From NCBI RefSeq assembly GCF_009834535.1, contig NC_045696.1, forward strand, positions 23,066,001-23,130,000: 64,000 nucleotides of DNA. Reading direction: 5' to 3'. The translations under genes were made by a program, and so were the position numbers. The notes beneath the pieces were generated by a model. That model searched no databases. It was not told the DNA's origin and was given only the letters and a program-made list of their open reading frames with translations. This DNA comes from Camelus ferus (taxonomy: Eukaryota). The first letter of the stretch is position 1. Every line of letters begins with the position of its first letter. This document shows positions 40,076-52,778 of the stretch, piece after piece.

Positions 40076-41179
40076 CTGTGCATTAGAAAAATATCTTATA
40101 TAGAGAAAAATGATGAACACTTCATGGCGTGTTACCCAATATTTTCTTAGGTGTGGAAATAATGTCCAAAAAGTAATTCTTGAGAAGTATGTATTAAAGT
40201 AAAAACAAAAAAAAGAAAAAGAAAAACTAACCCTTTGGTTTCCAAGACATTGTTTCCCCTAGATTGTTTTTCTTCTCATATATCTGATTTTGTTTTCAAT
40301 TGTTTAAACTGAAATAAATCAAGATTCCCCTCTTTAGCTGCTTTTTTTTTTCTTACTCTACTTAGAAATCTAATTGACATCCACAAATAGGTTGAAAATC
40401 CCCAAATCTTCAACACAGACACCTCTATATAGCACTTCAGATCTCATTTCTACATGCCCAAAGGCACTCCATCTCCAACCCTAAAATATTTTTTCCCCTC
40501 TAACCTGCTCCTATTCTGTTTAACAGACAACCATTCTCACATGCTAGGTGACTGAAGTCAGAAGAGATCATATGATATCTCAACAGTTCCCCAGTAAAAC
40601 ACTAGGACTAGGCAAGTGGAAAAACATGGAATAAAAAATATAATTGAAGGAAAAAGTTCTCAGCAAAAAGAGACTTTAGTGGACAGATTAAGATTTATTT
40701 TGTTCTAGGAAAGCACAACAACAAAAAAAGAAATCATGAAAGAGAAAATGTTCAATAGAAATAACTGAAAATAAAATGGTAATTCATGAATAATTAATGT
40801 TCCTGAAGTGCAAGAACAAATTTAAAAAAAAGATATCAAAGATAGAATAGAAGAGAACTTTCTCAAGCCTAATGCTAAATTAAACAATTCACCACATGCT
40901 TGGCAAAATTAATGGAGGAAGACACAGACCTAGATCACTCTAGCAAAGAAAAAATTTAATTATAATTTTAAAGGACAAATTTCAATATCAAAATGGAAAA
41001 ATAATATGTGTTTATCTACATAGGAATAAAAATGGTCTACCCACATTACTTCTTAACAAAATGAAAAATTAACACTATCTATGTAACACTGGGGTACATT
41101 AGTTTTTGAATAAAAGGATTTAGGTCCAACCATAGAGATCAGAGGTGAACTATGGTTGCCTTAATCGAACAGAATTAGG

Positions 41180-41510
41180 AGAAAACCTGACATAAGTCAG
41201 TCAATGCACGGCATTCCTCCCACCACAGATATTGGTTTAAGAGTAGTCTGGACCACATGACCATACCTGATCTAGTCTCTCATGTAAAAGGAGGCATGCA
41301 TATCTGGGAATCAGTTTTTTGTAACTATGACAGAACCAAGCTTTGGGGATAAAATTGACATCTCAGGAGACAGAGAGGAGAGAGAAGATAAATTAGCACC
41401 TTGACATTATTAAAACACAGAATTCATCCTACTCTACCTATGACTGCTTTCAGTTATATGAACCAGTAAATTTCCTTATTGGTTAAGCCACTTACAATTT
41501 ATTTTTCTTT
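41180..41510 (+). mobile_element. Old MaLR LTR fragment (MLT1J/K-like)
   Basis: cattcctcccaccacagatattggttta...ttcagttatatgaaccagtaaatttccttattggttaagcca. Confidence 0.5.
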
Positions 41511-41667
41511 AATATATCATGGAAAATGTTATAATTTATAGACTAGCCAGATTCCATTTTACGTATAAAGGCAACAGAAAGACATCTTAAATGATCAAAA
41601 TCTAAGAGATTATATTATTCTTAGGAAAATTGCATAAGACATGCTGTTTAAGAGTCAGACTAATTTT

Positions 41668-42065
41668 GAAACAAAATTAAGTGTCCATCAATGATGGATG
41701 GATAAAAAAAATATACAAGTGGAATATTAATCAGCCTTAAAAGAAATAAATCTTGCCATTTGTGACAACGTGTATGAGTTTAGAGGACATTATTCCAAGT
41801 GAAATAATCCAGACACAGTAAGACAAATACTACATGATCTCTTTTATATGTGGAAGCTAATAAAGTCAAACTTAGAAAAACAGAGAGTAGAATAGTGACT
41901 GTCAGGGGCTGAGTAGGAGTGGGGAGATAATGGTCAAATGGTACAAATATTCAGTTACAACATGAATAAGGTCTAGATATTTAATGTACAGCATACTAAC
42001 TATAGTTAATATTAATACACTGCATACCTGAAATTTTCTAGGAGAGTAAATCTTAAGTGTTTTCA

Positions 42066-42113
<48 letters not shown>

Positions 42114-42268
42114 AACTATGTAAGGTGATGGATGTGCTAATTAGCTTGACTGAGTGTGGTAATCATTATACCAGGTATATTTATATCAAAACATCATGTT
42201 TTACACCTTAATATGTAAAGTTTTTAATTTGTTAAGCATACTTAATAAAGCTGGAAAAATAAAAATAC
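41668..42268 (+). mobile_element. L1 3' end (L1MA8/9-like) containing a (CA)n tract at 42067-42110
   Basis: aagtgtccatcaatgatggatggataaa...gacattattccaagtgaaataatccagacacag...ggtaactatgtaaggtgatggatgtgctaattagcttga...aataaagctggaaaaa. Confidence 0.9.
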
Positions 42269-42749
42269 ATTTAAAAAAGAATTTAGTATACAGATCTTTC
42301 TTAATCAGAGTTTTGGACCCCAAACACTGTACTTGGACTCAGAAATACTTCAAGAGGTATAAGATGTCATACTTCTTTTTCTTCTCCTTTCCCTCTACTA
42401 AGAAATAGATTTGTCATGCTACATGCTTCATAACACAACGTTGGATGGCCACTTAAAACAGTAATATGTTCTACTCCAACATTTGCTAACAATAACTATT
42501 TACAAATTTGTGACACTATGCCAGAATTACTAGACAAAAATTCTTTCACTTATTGTTTCTTTTTCCATAGAAAAAAAGTGTGTAGGACACAACAATGACA
42601 AGTGAGAAGATCTAATAAAAAGTTTGCAGATGCAGATCTTTTCTGAGAAGATCCCAATTTATATCATTTAACATTAAGTTCCTATGAATATGCCTCTTAT
42701 GTGCTTCAAAGTCAACCAATAGGGAATGATCTTAAATAAAGAGCAACAG

Positions 42750-42860
42750 TAATAACTAAAATGTATTGAGCACTTTTAAATTAGGTTTAGAGAAGTTAAA
42801 TATTGGTCAAATAAATGGAAAACTAGGATTAAACCCAAGCAATCTGATGCCAGAGCCTAT
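42750..42860 (-). mobile_element. MIR fragment
   Basis: ttaggtttagagaagttaaa...aaatggaaaactaggattaaacccaagcaatctgatgccagagcc. Confidence 0.55.
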
Positions 42861-43129
42861 GCCAAACCCAACCAATCTGATCACTGTCTATATTGTCTGT
42901 AAGGTAATATTTATTGAGTGTCATTATATAGTAGGCACCTACTCTATATGCATTCTTTGTGGTATGATCATTGTGTAGCTCTTAATAACATCTCTCATAA
43001 GCTATCCACATCAAAGCAGCCATGCATGAAAACTAGGTTCATAGTCATGGTTCCCTCCTTAATCTGGGCACTTGTGGTAATGCCTTCCTTCCAATATTTT
43101 GCTTGGCCATCTTCTATCTGGAGACAGCA

Positions 43130-43378
43130 TGGATCTCAATTCAATCAGGAAGGTGTATGGACTGTTCCCCAATAAAAGTCCCATTCAGCATCCTTTCTAT
43201 GCCTTGCCATAGTATAATGCATACCTCTAAATAACATAAAATTCCATCATAATTTGCTTTTATCCATCTCCCAAGACTTTAAGAACAGGGGACTATGTTT
43301 CTTTCCTTTCATTCTCAGTTATCCACAGAGTCCTTGGCACTGAATAAGCACTCTTAAGTGCTATGAATTACTTAATGA
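43130..43378 (+). mobile_element. L2 3' fragment
   Basis: aagaacaggggactatgtttc...ccttggcactgaataagcactcttaagtgctatgaat. Confidence 0.5.
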
Positions 43379-43692
43379 GAAAAATAACTCAGTGGAATAT
43401 TTAATGTAAATAAAACAGAAGTTTTAAATTATATAGACAATATAGATGTTTACAGGTTAATTAAAAATAGCCATTTAACTCTATGGAATAAATACAAATT
43501 CACATATAGGAAGAAACTAGATTCCAGAGAGTAGACATTTTTGAGTCATTTCATACTCTGATTAACAGACTTGAGAATAATATGATAAAGGAATAATTTA
43601 ACACTCCATTTTAAGTGATTTCTTAATTGGGGCATCTGTTCCTTTACCATGCTTTAAGTATGTTTGTCATCTGGTTTATTTCTGTGTTTGAC

Positions 43693-44213
43693 TGTTTGTA
43701 GGTTGCACTGTGTCCTCCAAAAAGATATGTTCAAGTCATAACCCCTGGTACCTGTGAACGTGTACTTATTTGGAAATAGTGTCATTGCAGAAGTGATCAG
43801 TTAAGATCAGTTCATACTGTAGTAGAGTGGGTCCTTATCCAGTATGACAGCGGCCTTACAAGGAGAGAAGAAGGGACTCAGAGACAGACACACAATGGAT
43901 GACAGCCATGTAAAGACTCAAATTCATGGAGACAATGCCATACATTGATGGGACAATGTCATCACCAACGCATCTGGTGACAGTAAAGGCAGAGACTGGA
44001 GAGATGGCTCTGTAAACTAAGGGCCACCAAGGATTTCTGGCAACTACCAGAGGCTAACAGAAAGGCATGAAACAAGGCATCAGAGAGAACATGGCCTGCT
44101 GACACCCTGATTTCGAAGTTCCAGCCCCCAGAACTGTGAGAGAATAAATTTTGGTTGTTTAAAGCCACCCAGATTGTGGTCCTGTGTTATGACAGCCCTG
44201 GGAAATTAATACA
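43693..44213 (+). mobile_element. MaLR solo LTR (MLT1B/C-like)
   Basis: tgtgtcctccaaaaagatatgttcaagtcataacccctggtacctgtgaacgtg...ccagaactgtgagagaataaatttt...gacagccctgggaaattaataca. Confidence 0.9.
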
Positions 44214-44509
44214 AGTTTCTTTATCTTGAACACAATCTCCCCATTTTCTTTCTAAAGCACCTGCTTTGGGTTCATGGAACTTAAACCTCTTAAATGTTTA
44301 CAGTCAGTACAATTTTTTTTGGCATCTAAAACAAAGTAATCATGGTAATCAAAATTGAATTTTATATCTTAATATATTACATATATTAATAGTAATTTTG
44401 TTGAAACTTAAAGATAGAGGTAACATTTATTGATATGGAATGTAGGTCTCTCAGGAAAAAGGCATTGATGGCAAACAGACTTGTACTTTCGTCTGGCCAG
44501 GCCTCTTAC

Positions 44510-45150
44510 CGCAGCATTTCCCACACCATGAAACAGATTACATTTCAACTTTATAACCTTCAGAAGCAGCCTGAAATGCTCAAGAGTGGGAACCAAAAGC
44601 CCATTTTAGTTCTGACGTATCCAGTCTACACTTCGCAAGGCCCACGTGAAACGTAACATATGGAATGCTGACGAGGTTTTTGAGTTAAAATCTCAAATCT
44701 GCTAAAAACATGATTAATATTACACTAGCCTTTTGGAGCAAAGGTCTAAAATATAATACCTTTTAGTTCATAAGCAAAATCAGCAGGACATAAAACTCAA
44801 CAGATATGCAGGTATTAACCCCATCAGCTGTCCTCTCAGAGAATGTGGTACCTCTAAATTCCACGAATAGTATCACTGTGATTGAATGTAACGAGCACAG
44901 ATGACAGGAATATGCGCTGCCACCAGGGACCTTCAGCCAAAGTGCAGAGTGTGCTGTTTGTCTTGGGAAACTTCTCAACTCTTGGTAAACTCTCTTCATC
45001 AGCCCTCAGGCATCCAGTGCCCTCACGCTGCCCTCCGGCTGTCCCAGGCTCTCCCCACTCACTGAACACCCCTCTCCCCTCCTCCTGCAGCAGCCGGCCC
45101 TGTGCTCCAGAATCAGACTTCTCGTCAGTTCCACTTTTCAATCAAAACTC
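44510..45150 (-). promoter_or_regulatory. Candidate upstream alternative first exon/promoter
   Basis: Donor GCG|gtaaga at 44510/44509. Unique sequence with clearly elevated GC and CpG at 44880-45130. Short ATG-initiated frame MVWEMLR (44529-44510) runs into the donor. Confidence 0.45.
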
Positions 45151-45184
45151 CATTTTCCTCAAGCTGGCTGATTTGGGCAGGGTC

Positions 45185-45236
45185 TAAATCAAATCTGATT
45201 ATCAAATCCTAATCTGATAATCTGATTAAATTAATT
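45185..45236. promoter_or_regulatory. Cluster of paired-class homeodomain motifs (TAATC/GATTA, P3 palindrome)
   Basis: aaatctgatta (45191-45201), taatctgata (45210-45219), perfect TAATCTGATTA (45218-45228) and TGATTAAATTA (45223-45233). Confidence 0.45.
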
Positions 45237-45374
45237 TGAAGTAAGTTGTAAATGGCTAATAGCCTAAATTTCTCAGAGAAGCTGAGTTCTTGACAATCTA
45301 ATTTGTGGAATATACAAAGAAGTATTGAACTGGGAACTTGAGTGCCTTTTCTTTATACTCAAATTTCTTCCATT

Positions 45375-45606
45375 GCTTGCCTGCCTGCCTGCCTGTCTTT
45401 CTACCTTTCTACCTTCCTACCTTCCTTCCTTCCTTCCTTCTTCCCTCTCTTCCTAATCTTCCTTTTTCCCTCCCTTCCTAACCTTCCTTCTTCCCTCCCT
45501 TCCTTCCTTCACTCTCCTCCTCCTTCCCACACTTCCTCCCTTTCATTCTTTCTCTCTCTCCTTTCCTCCCTTCCTACCCCACAACCCTTTTCCCTCTCTC
45601 TCTCTC
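45375..45606 (+). repeat. Polypyrimidine low-complexity tract (CCTG/CCTT/CT units)
   Basis: Direct reading. It also explains the spurious L/P/S-rich ORF at 45342..45659. Confidence 0.9.
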
Positions 45607-46124
45607 ATTGCTGGTTCAGTACTGTGGCGTTACCTTTTTGCTCGGTTACTTACCCATAACTTGGCGTCCAGCTAGAAATTAAACTAAGGAAATCACTGTC
45701 TTTCCCAAGGCAAATGCTACTTCCTCATTCACCAATGTTGGCAGTATCTATACTCTTAATATTCTCTTCTGCTAGTGACTTTTGAAAACTCTATAATTAG
45801 AAAATAAATTATTGAACTAAGATTCAAGTGTATGCTTTCCACTTTGATAATCTGTCACCTATTTAAGACGTGTCTAGTGCGCTTGGAAGCATCACAATGA
45901 GCTACGACTATTATTATTCAAACACTTAGCCTGTCCTAAACAGCTACTGTTTATCAGAATGTCTTTCCCAGAAATGTTAGACATTTTATAAGCACTTACT
46001 GGTTTGCAACAGGCCATCAATGCAAAGCACATTCTACACATCATAAATATTATTACTAATTATTCCTTTAAAATATTTATTAATAAGGATTACCATGGTT
46101 TATATTGTTCTCTAAACAAACAAA

Positions 46125-46330
46125 ATAATTTATATTTATTTCATGCTTTCCTGTGCCAGATGCTATTCCAAGTACCTTGCATTCAATTACTCATTTAATT
46201 CTCAAAACAATACTATAGATTGTGTATTCTCATATACTTGCTTTTAACAGAAATAGAAAACTAAGGGCTTGGGGCATTTAAGAAGCTTCCCCAGGATAAC
46301 ATAGTAGGTAAACTCTGTTTAAACCCACTG
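46125..46330 (-). mobile_element. MIR SINE
   Basis: ctgtgccagatgctattccaagtacc...ctcatttaattctcaaaacaatactat...ttttaacagaaatagaaaactaaggg. Confidence 0.7.
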
Positions 46331-47189
46331 CACGAGTACCGTCTACTCCTCCAGGAATATATACATATGCATGTTTCTTGTACAAAAAGATGTAAGTTAT
46401 ATATGAATATCGATACTTTTTCAAGCTCAGTCCCCAGTGAGAGGTATGGGACCAGTAAGTGGGAGTTAGACTATGTTGACAGATTTCCTTGCATGGAAAA
46501 CAGATTAATTTAGCTTAACCCAAAAGAAGCCTTGTGAATAGGATCCCTTAGCCAGGAGGAGCAATAAGAAGTAGTGCTACTTCCAGGTGACTTCTAAGGG
46601 GAGGTCCAGAGCAATGGCAGGGACATTCAAGTCAGGCTTTGGCAAGTTTATGAATGACACCTCTGGTGGTGAAATGGTGAACTGACTAGACACAGATTGA
46701 TGGAAAGTAATGTCTCCAGGAATCCTAATCAACAGATGAGAGAGAAAAGGAGTTACCCTAATTGCTGTGAACGAGAAAGAGAAAATTACAACATAGATTC
46801 TTATCAGAAATAAAGTTTTATATAATCTCAGAATACAGCAGCAACCCAATATTATTTCACTCATTTCTGCTGAAGAAATTGTTGGGACTTTCCAGTAAAC
46901 ACTGCTAAACAGAAAATCACCAAATGGCAGGCCATGCAAAACAAACATTTAAACAATTGTTCAATAAGTATCACAGCTGGCTATTTTATAAAAGTAATGT
47001 TTTCTCTAGGTTAAAAGAATCTAGTGATACAGGAGTCTGGGAAGCACAAAATAAGATGGTGTTCTTTCCTTTCTCTGTCATTCTGTTCCCCAGATATAAC
47101 TACTAAACTGGTCATGTTTTCAAGACATTTCCACTGCATGAGCAATTATGTACTGACTTATCTTGTTTTTGTAAAACAAATGAACTGAA

Positions 47190-47430
47190 ATTACATTTCT
47201 GTATATATGTATATGTGTGATAACATGATTGATACAGGTTTTGTTTTTCTGTGAGAAAGATCTTACCACACATATTATGCTATAACTTGATTTATGTCAC
47301 TTTTCTCCCCAACATATATCATAGAAAACTTTCCAAGTCGGAACATACATAGTCCTACTCCTTTTCTTTTTTTTTTAAGTTACCTAATGTTCCATAGTAT
47401 GCTATCTCGTAAATCATTTAACTATTCCAT
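47190..47430 (-). mobile_element. Old L1ME-like fragment
   Basis: tataacttgatttatgtcactt...atagtcctactccttttctttt...ttccatagtatg...atcatttaactattcc. Confidence 0.45.
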
Positions 47431-50400
47431 AATGTTTTGTCTCATTCTCAAGCTAGGTTTTCATACATTTATATATTACCTTAGGTATTTAGAGACCTAA
47501 GTTCCAACTCATTACCACTTCTGTTTAATTTTCCTAGAAATTCAAGCTTACAGCTATGTCTGGTGTGTTTAATCATGAGAATACTATATATTTTTTCACT
47601 ATTATGGGGAAGAAATAAGATACTGAGGACTTGGAAACGATGCTTTATCCAATTACTTCTCATACATTTCACACTGTGTATGTTTGGGGGTAAGAAAGTA
47701 GATCTGAAGCCAAATGGCTGAGTTTAAAATACCCTGTAGACCATAGTTAAGTATGTAAAAGTTTAATAAACTCAAATTTCCAGTTACTCTGGCCAAAAGT
47801 TTATGTTCAAGAAATATTAACTGACCATCTTAAAAGTAAATCCTAAATGTTGGGATAGGTGGTTAGGCAAAGCATTTCTCTGAGGATTCTAAGAAAAACG
47901 GGCTGAAGGAGTCAGTGTGAGTGGGGTCACCCATGTAACAGCAGCTGCATTTTCATCCCTTCTCGCTTATCCCCCTTGGCACTAAAGAGATCTCTATGTA
48001 CAGAGAAATTTTGCAGCTGGGCAGAAGAGACAAGCATCTGGCTGAGAAATAACACTGTAAGCCAGAGTAACTGTTGGCTTTCTACATCGATCTGATCAAA
48101 TTTCAACTTATTCTCCTGGAAAATGGAGTCACTAAGCGAAGAAAAAAAATACTACAAAAAAGTACTTCTGGCAGACTGTCTAAAGCTAGTAGGCTTCAGG
48201 TATTTTCTAGGTGGGAAACACAGTCGCCATCAAATGGGAACATGCACTGGCATGGGGAGCCTTCTCGGGCTCATCAGAAACCTGGATAACCTCTCCTATC
48301 CCCTACCAAAAAATTATCAGAATATCTGCACTAGACCTTTACCGTGCATATATTTAATGCAAAAGATAAAATTAGTTATGAGTTGGTATAGACAGGCCAA
48401 TGGAGAATCTTCGTTAATAGAGATCAGTGAAAATAAAGCAGGCTGTTGGAATACCAAAGAATAAATATTTTCCTGAGTGTAAATGGAAGTGGGATGCAAT
48501 GTCCACCTTAGCAGGGACAGAGATATTATACAGGAGGCAAAGCAAATACTTTTCATAGTTTTCAGCTAAGATCAAAAAAAGTCATGACTAGGTCAGAATT
48601 GGTTTCCCTCTATAACTGTGAGCAAAAACAAACAAATTAAACAAAGAAAAAAACCAAAATCCTGGAGGCAATAGAGATCAATATTCATATAACAGGGTCC
48701 AATATTGGCAGAATATTTTAAAAATAACATGTCTTTTAAAAGATATACATTTAGTCACAGGGTAACTAAAAGTCTACATAAGGGATTGCAAAGTGACTAT
48801 AAAATAAACGTTAATGAAGTTTTATATATATTTTTATCCGTAAGAATAAGTATTCAAATTTGGTTCAGGTTTTAGAGGATGACGAAAGGGAAAGTACCAA
48901 CAAAACTCTTCTGAATAGCTTTTATTTCTATAAAAATATTTATAAAGATTAAAAAGGAGTCATGAGGGTGCAAATTTTACAGCTAACACCACCTGGAATA
49001 TTAATAAAAATAAATATACAAAACTCCACACTTCTTCCAAAATTTTCATCTTAATCACATCTGTTCTAAATTAGTCGAACCTTGTTAGATAAAAACTTTT
49101 CATCACCAAGAGCCTTTAAAAATTGATAAAACCCATTGATCATCTCCACAGGAAAAAAGGACTATTCATATACTGCATACAATTTCTTAGGAATTATTGA
49201 TAATCATATAAAGTTTACTCTTTGATCTCAATTTGAGAAATTCTAGTCTAAAAGAATGGCCCTAACTAAATAAAGTAGGATCTATTAATGGTTTCTGAAA
49301 TTTGACTAGTAGGAAAAAAATCTAGTTTATGTTACCATCAGCATGCAACATTTTCTTGGGCCTGGATGGTGTGGGATGGTGGTGGGGATGGACCGAGGAC
49401 ACAGCATGTCTTTCCTCCTGCTCCAGAAGTGACTCTAGAACTCTCTTGCCTTATCTTTCCTTTGCTCTTTCAACCCAACATTCATTCTTTGAGAAGCCCT
49501 CCAGAGGGCTTCTTAATAGGATGAGAAGAGAAAAAGAAACTTACCCATAATAGAAAACACAACAAGAAAAGAGAGCAACCCCAAACACTACAGATTTTTA
49601 TAAAGTTAGGAAAACTAACTTGCTTTTGTAAACTAATACAAAAAAAAAGAAACCTTTAAGCATCAAGATATATTTATTTAACTGCTGCATATCGATATGA
49701 ATAACCTAAAGTATAAACAAATTTTTAAGAAACTGAAAAGTCTTTGTTTGCTCTTTTATAAAACAGTATCATGATCCTAAATGCCATCTTGAGAAACTCT
49801 GTGGTTGCAGGAGCACAAATACGGGTGTCCCAGTCATATAAGCAATCTTGAATTCTCCTTGATTAAAAATCAGAATTAAAATATTCTGCCATGGTTGATA
49901 GCTAAGTATCTGTTACACCAAGTTTATCAAAATAAGCTTACAGGAGTGGACAGAGTTTGATTCAACTGTGGTCATGTTTCACAGCTTCAACAGTGACTAC
50001 TGTAAATATGCATTCTGTAAGTATGCAACTTACAAATGATAACTACATAATGGAGCATTAGATAGTTTGCCAGAATAGTCTATCTGCAAGTCACTAACCA
50101 CATTGTGTGCTTCATTATTTTCTCTGTTCAAATCTCGACAAGAGTTTTCTTTATTTCAGAAGCAGTAACAAACCCCTGAAAAGTAGTTTTATATTATAAA
50201 AGATTACACTAACACATACATACAAATATTTACTCAAATAATGGTCAGTTTTTAAAACTATTTTCAGTATTTATTAAGAGATTTAGAAATAATCACCAAA
50301 TTAGTAGACAGTCTCTAAGAACACTTGATTGTTATTGAATACTGTCAAGACACCAAAATGTGCGGATTCACCTTTGAGAAGTGTTAAATTTGCATTTATT

Positions 50401-50904
50401 CTTTTGTCCCTAGGCTAACAGCTGGGTGGTGGTGGTGTATTTTAAAGTACCTATTTGAGGCGCTAAGAGGTCCTAATTAGATAAATTAAACAAACACAGC
50501 ATTCAGTTTCAGAAATGAAGTGTCAGAACAGATAGCTTTTTGATCTGCAGATCACTAATGGAACAACAGTAAATTGCAAATAATGTGATTTTGTTTGCCA
50601 CCTCAGCATATTGGGATTGATCAAAACAGTTTTACTTTAGTACCTGCCCAAGATATTGCTCTGAGTGACTGAGAAGAAATGAATTATTTTCTAGAGACTT
50701 TCAGCTGCTTTCATTCTAATTTTTCCTGCCCCTATTATGGATGAATGAATAAATGAATGAACGGATGTATGGATGAAAAAGAAATACCAATAGCCTCTGT
50801 GTTACAGTGTGACATTATCGTACCTTGGAGGACCATGCTGTTTGCATGGCTGGCTAAACAAAATAAAACAAAACAACCACAACAACAAGCACAAATCAGG
50901 GGTG

Positions 50905-51800
50905 ATTCATTTCAAGTCAATTCAACAAATCAGTATGTTAAGTAAGTCACTGAGTTGGCGTACAAGGACCACAAAGATCATTTGAAGGATTCATAATCCA
51001 ACGATAAAAGCAGTATGGACATGTCTACAACTAATGATAAAACAAAAAACAAAGTTAATTACAAACGTGAAATTCAAATTAGTTTTGAGCTGATTAACTG
51101 AGGTAGAATTTGAACTGTACCTGAAAGAGAAATTAGCATGTACAAATGTGGAAAGAGAGAGGGAGAACCATCCAGATTAAGAGAATAGCATGAGTTAGGA
51201 GGCAAAGGACAGAGTGTGATGGAAGAATCTAATGAATGGATTTAACCTCAACCCAAGCCCAGGAGGAGGGGTAGGAGAAATAAGAAGTTTATGTTCAAGG
51301 GGGAGTTAATGATTTTAGTTTGAGAGTTAACTGAGTTTGAAGTATCTATGGGAAATTCAGGTCTAAAGCTAAGGATGGATATTTAAATTAGAGATAAAGA
51401 TTGAGTCCCCTGCACAAAAGCTTTGGGAGCCTTTGAGATAGTCCAAAATATATGCATGGTATGGTTAGAGAATAAACCTACGGAACACCTGTATGTAAAC
51501 ACAAGTAAGAGAAGATGAGAATGAGAAGAAACATTCTGGGAAGCAGCAGAAGAATCAAGAGAGAATGTATCTCAGCTATTATGAAAAGGTAAACATTTCA
51601 TGGAAGAAGGGAGGGGCCAATACTGTTGAAGGATGCACACAAGTACCATGTTTAGCTTTTAGAAACTCATCTGTACTCTTCAAGGAAGCAGTTTCAGTTA
51701 AATGGTGTGGAGGGAAACCAGGCTGCCAATTGGTGGAAGCAAATTGGTCAATACGGGTAATGGTCAAAATTAGTGGAGGATTTAACAAAAAAAGCAGGAT
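50905..51800 (-). mobile_element. Fragmented L2
   Basis: attcatttcaagtcaattcaacaaat...ctgagtttgaagtatctatggga...gcagtttcagttaaatggtgtggagggaaaccagg. Confidence 0.55.
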
Positions 51801-52419
51801 GGGAAAGTTCTCCAGAGAGTAAAGCACATTAGAAAATGGAAAGGAGGAAGACTAATATACCAAAAAATCTTTAACAATATCACCTTAAAAGGAGAATATT
51901 TTAAATGTGACTTCTCCGTGATATTCATGGAAGAGGTGCATCACAATAAAGCCTAAGATTTTCCACCCAGGGCAATGAATAGATCACTTCAAACAATTAA
52001 ATTTCAGCATCTCAAGATGCCCCAAACTGCCTACCTACTGATTACTAAGGAAGAAAACATGCAATGTGTTGATTAAAGAAAAAACTTGAATATTTAAAAA
52101 TTTTTTTGATAGGAGATGCATATTCATGTCAAGAGAGACTTATAGAGCTCTGGAACACAAACTCATTATAAATGTTTCAGAGGAATAATACGAGATACAA
52201 CACCTGCAAAGAAGAAAAACAAGACATTTTCTCCCTTAAAAAAAAGAAAAAAAAAAAAACCTCTAAAATATTCACCCTTACCACACTGAAAGTAAGGCTA
52301 TGATTCAACCAAGCATTTGGAGAAACAAATGTTTTCCACTCAAACAATCCTCACAAATATTCCCAAGGCTCTGAATATATTTCTTGAAGGACATAATCAC
52401 TGCTTACACAACAGGCAAC

Positions 52420-52778
52420 CTGAAATTGACATTCTACAAAAAGAAATGTCTACTGCTCTTCATAAGTGTGATGTTCATGATGTCATGACAGGCAAAGAAA
52501 GACTGAGGAGATAGATGTTAATTGGAGGAGACTAAGGTGACTTAAAGATTGGATCCTGGATCAAGGAAAAGGGCCTTCATGAGACAAAGAAACATGACCA
52601 GGTTTACAGAGCAATTAGTAGAATTGTTTTAGTGTTAATTTTCTGGTTTTCATAATTGTACTCTGTTTATATAAGATGTTAACAATCGGGGAAGCTGGTT
52701 GAAAACTATAAGGGGATTTCTCTAGAATTTTCAGTCTTTTGTAGGTCTGAAATTATTTAAAAATAAAAAGTTTAAAAA
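52420..52778 (+). mobile_element. L1MC4/5-like 3' UTR fragment
   Basis: gacattctacaaaa...ttggatcctggatcaaggaaaa...taagatgttaacaatcggggaagctggttg...tgtaggtctgaaattatttaaaaataaaaag; similar to 11870-12135. Confidence 0.75.

Noticed and set aside
33408..45150. Assigning a gene symbol to the candidate first exons
   Set aside because: I could not match the exon sequences or the MVWEMLR peptide to any gene with confidence. A BLAT search is required.
46577..46948. Longest ORF (123 aa, minus strand)
   Set aside because: Non-ATG start, no homology recognised and no supporting splice sites.
48123..48464. 113-aa ATG-initiated ORF
   Set aside because: No recognisable family, with overlapping ORFs of similar length in other frames. 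Cannot be supported without a search.
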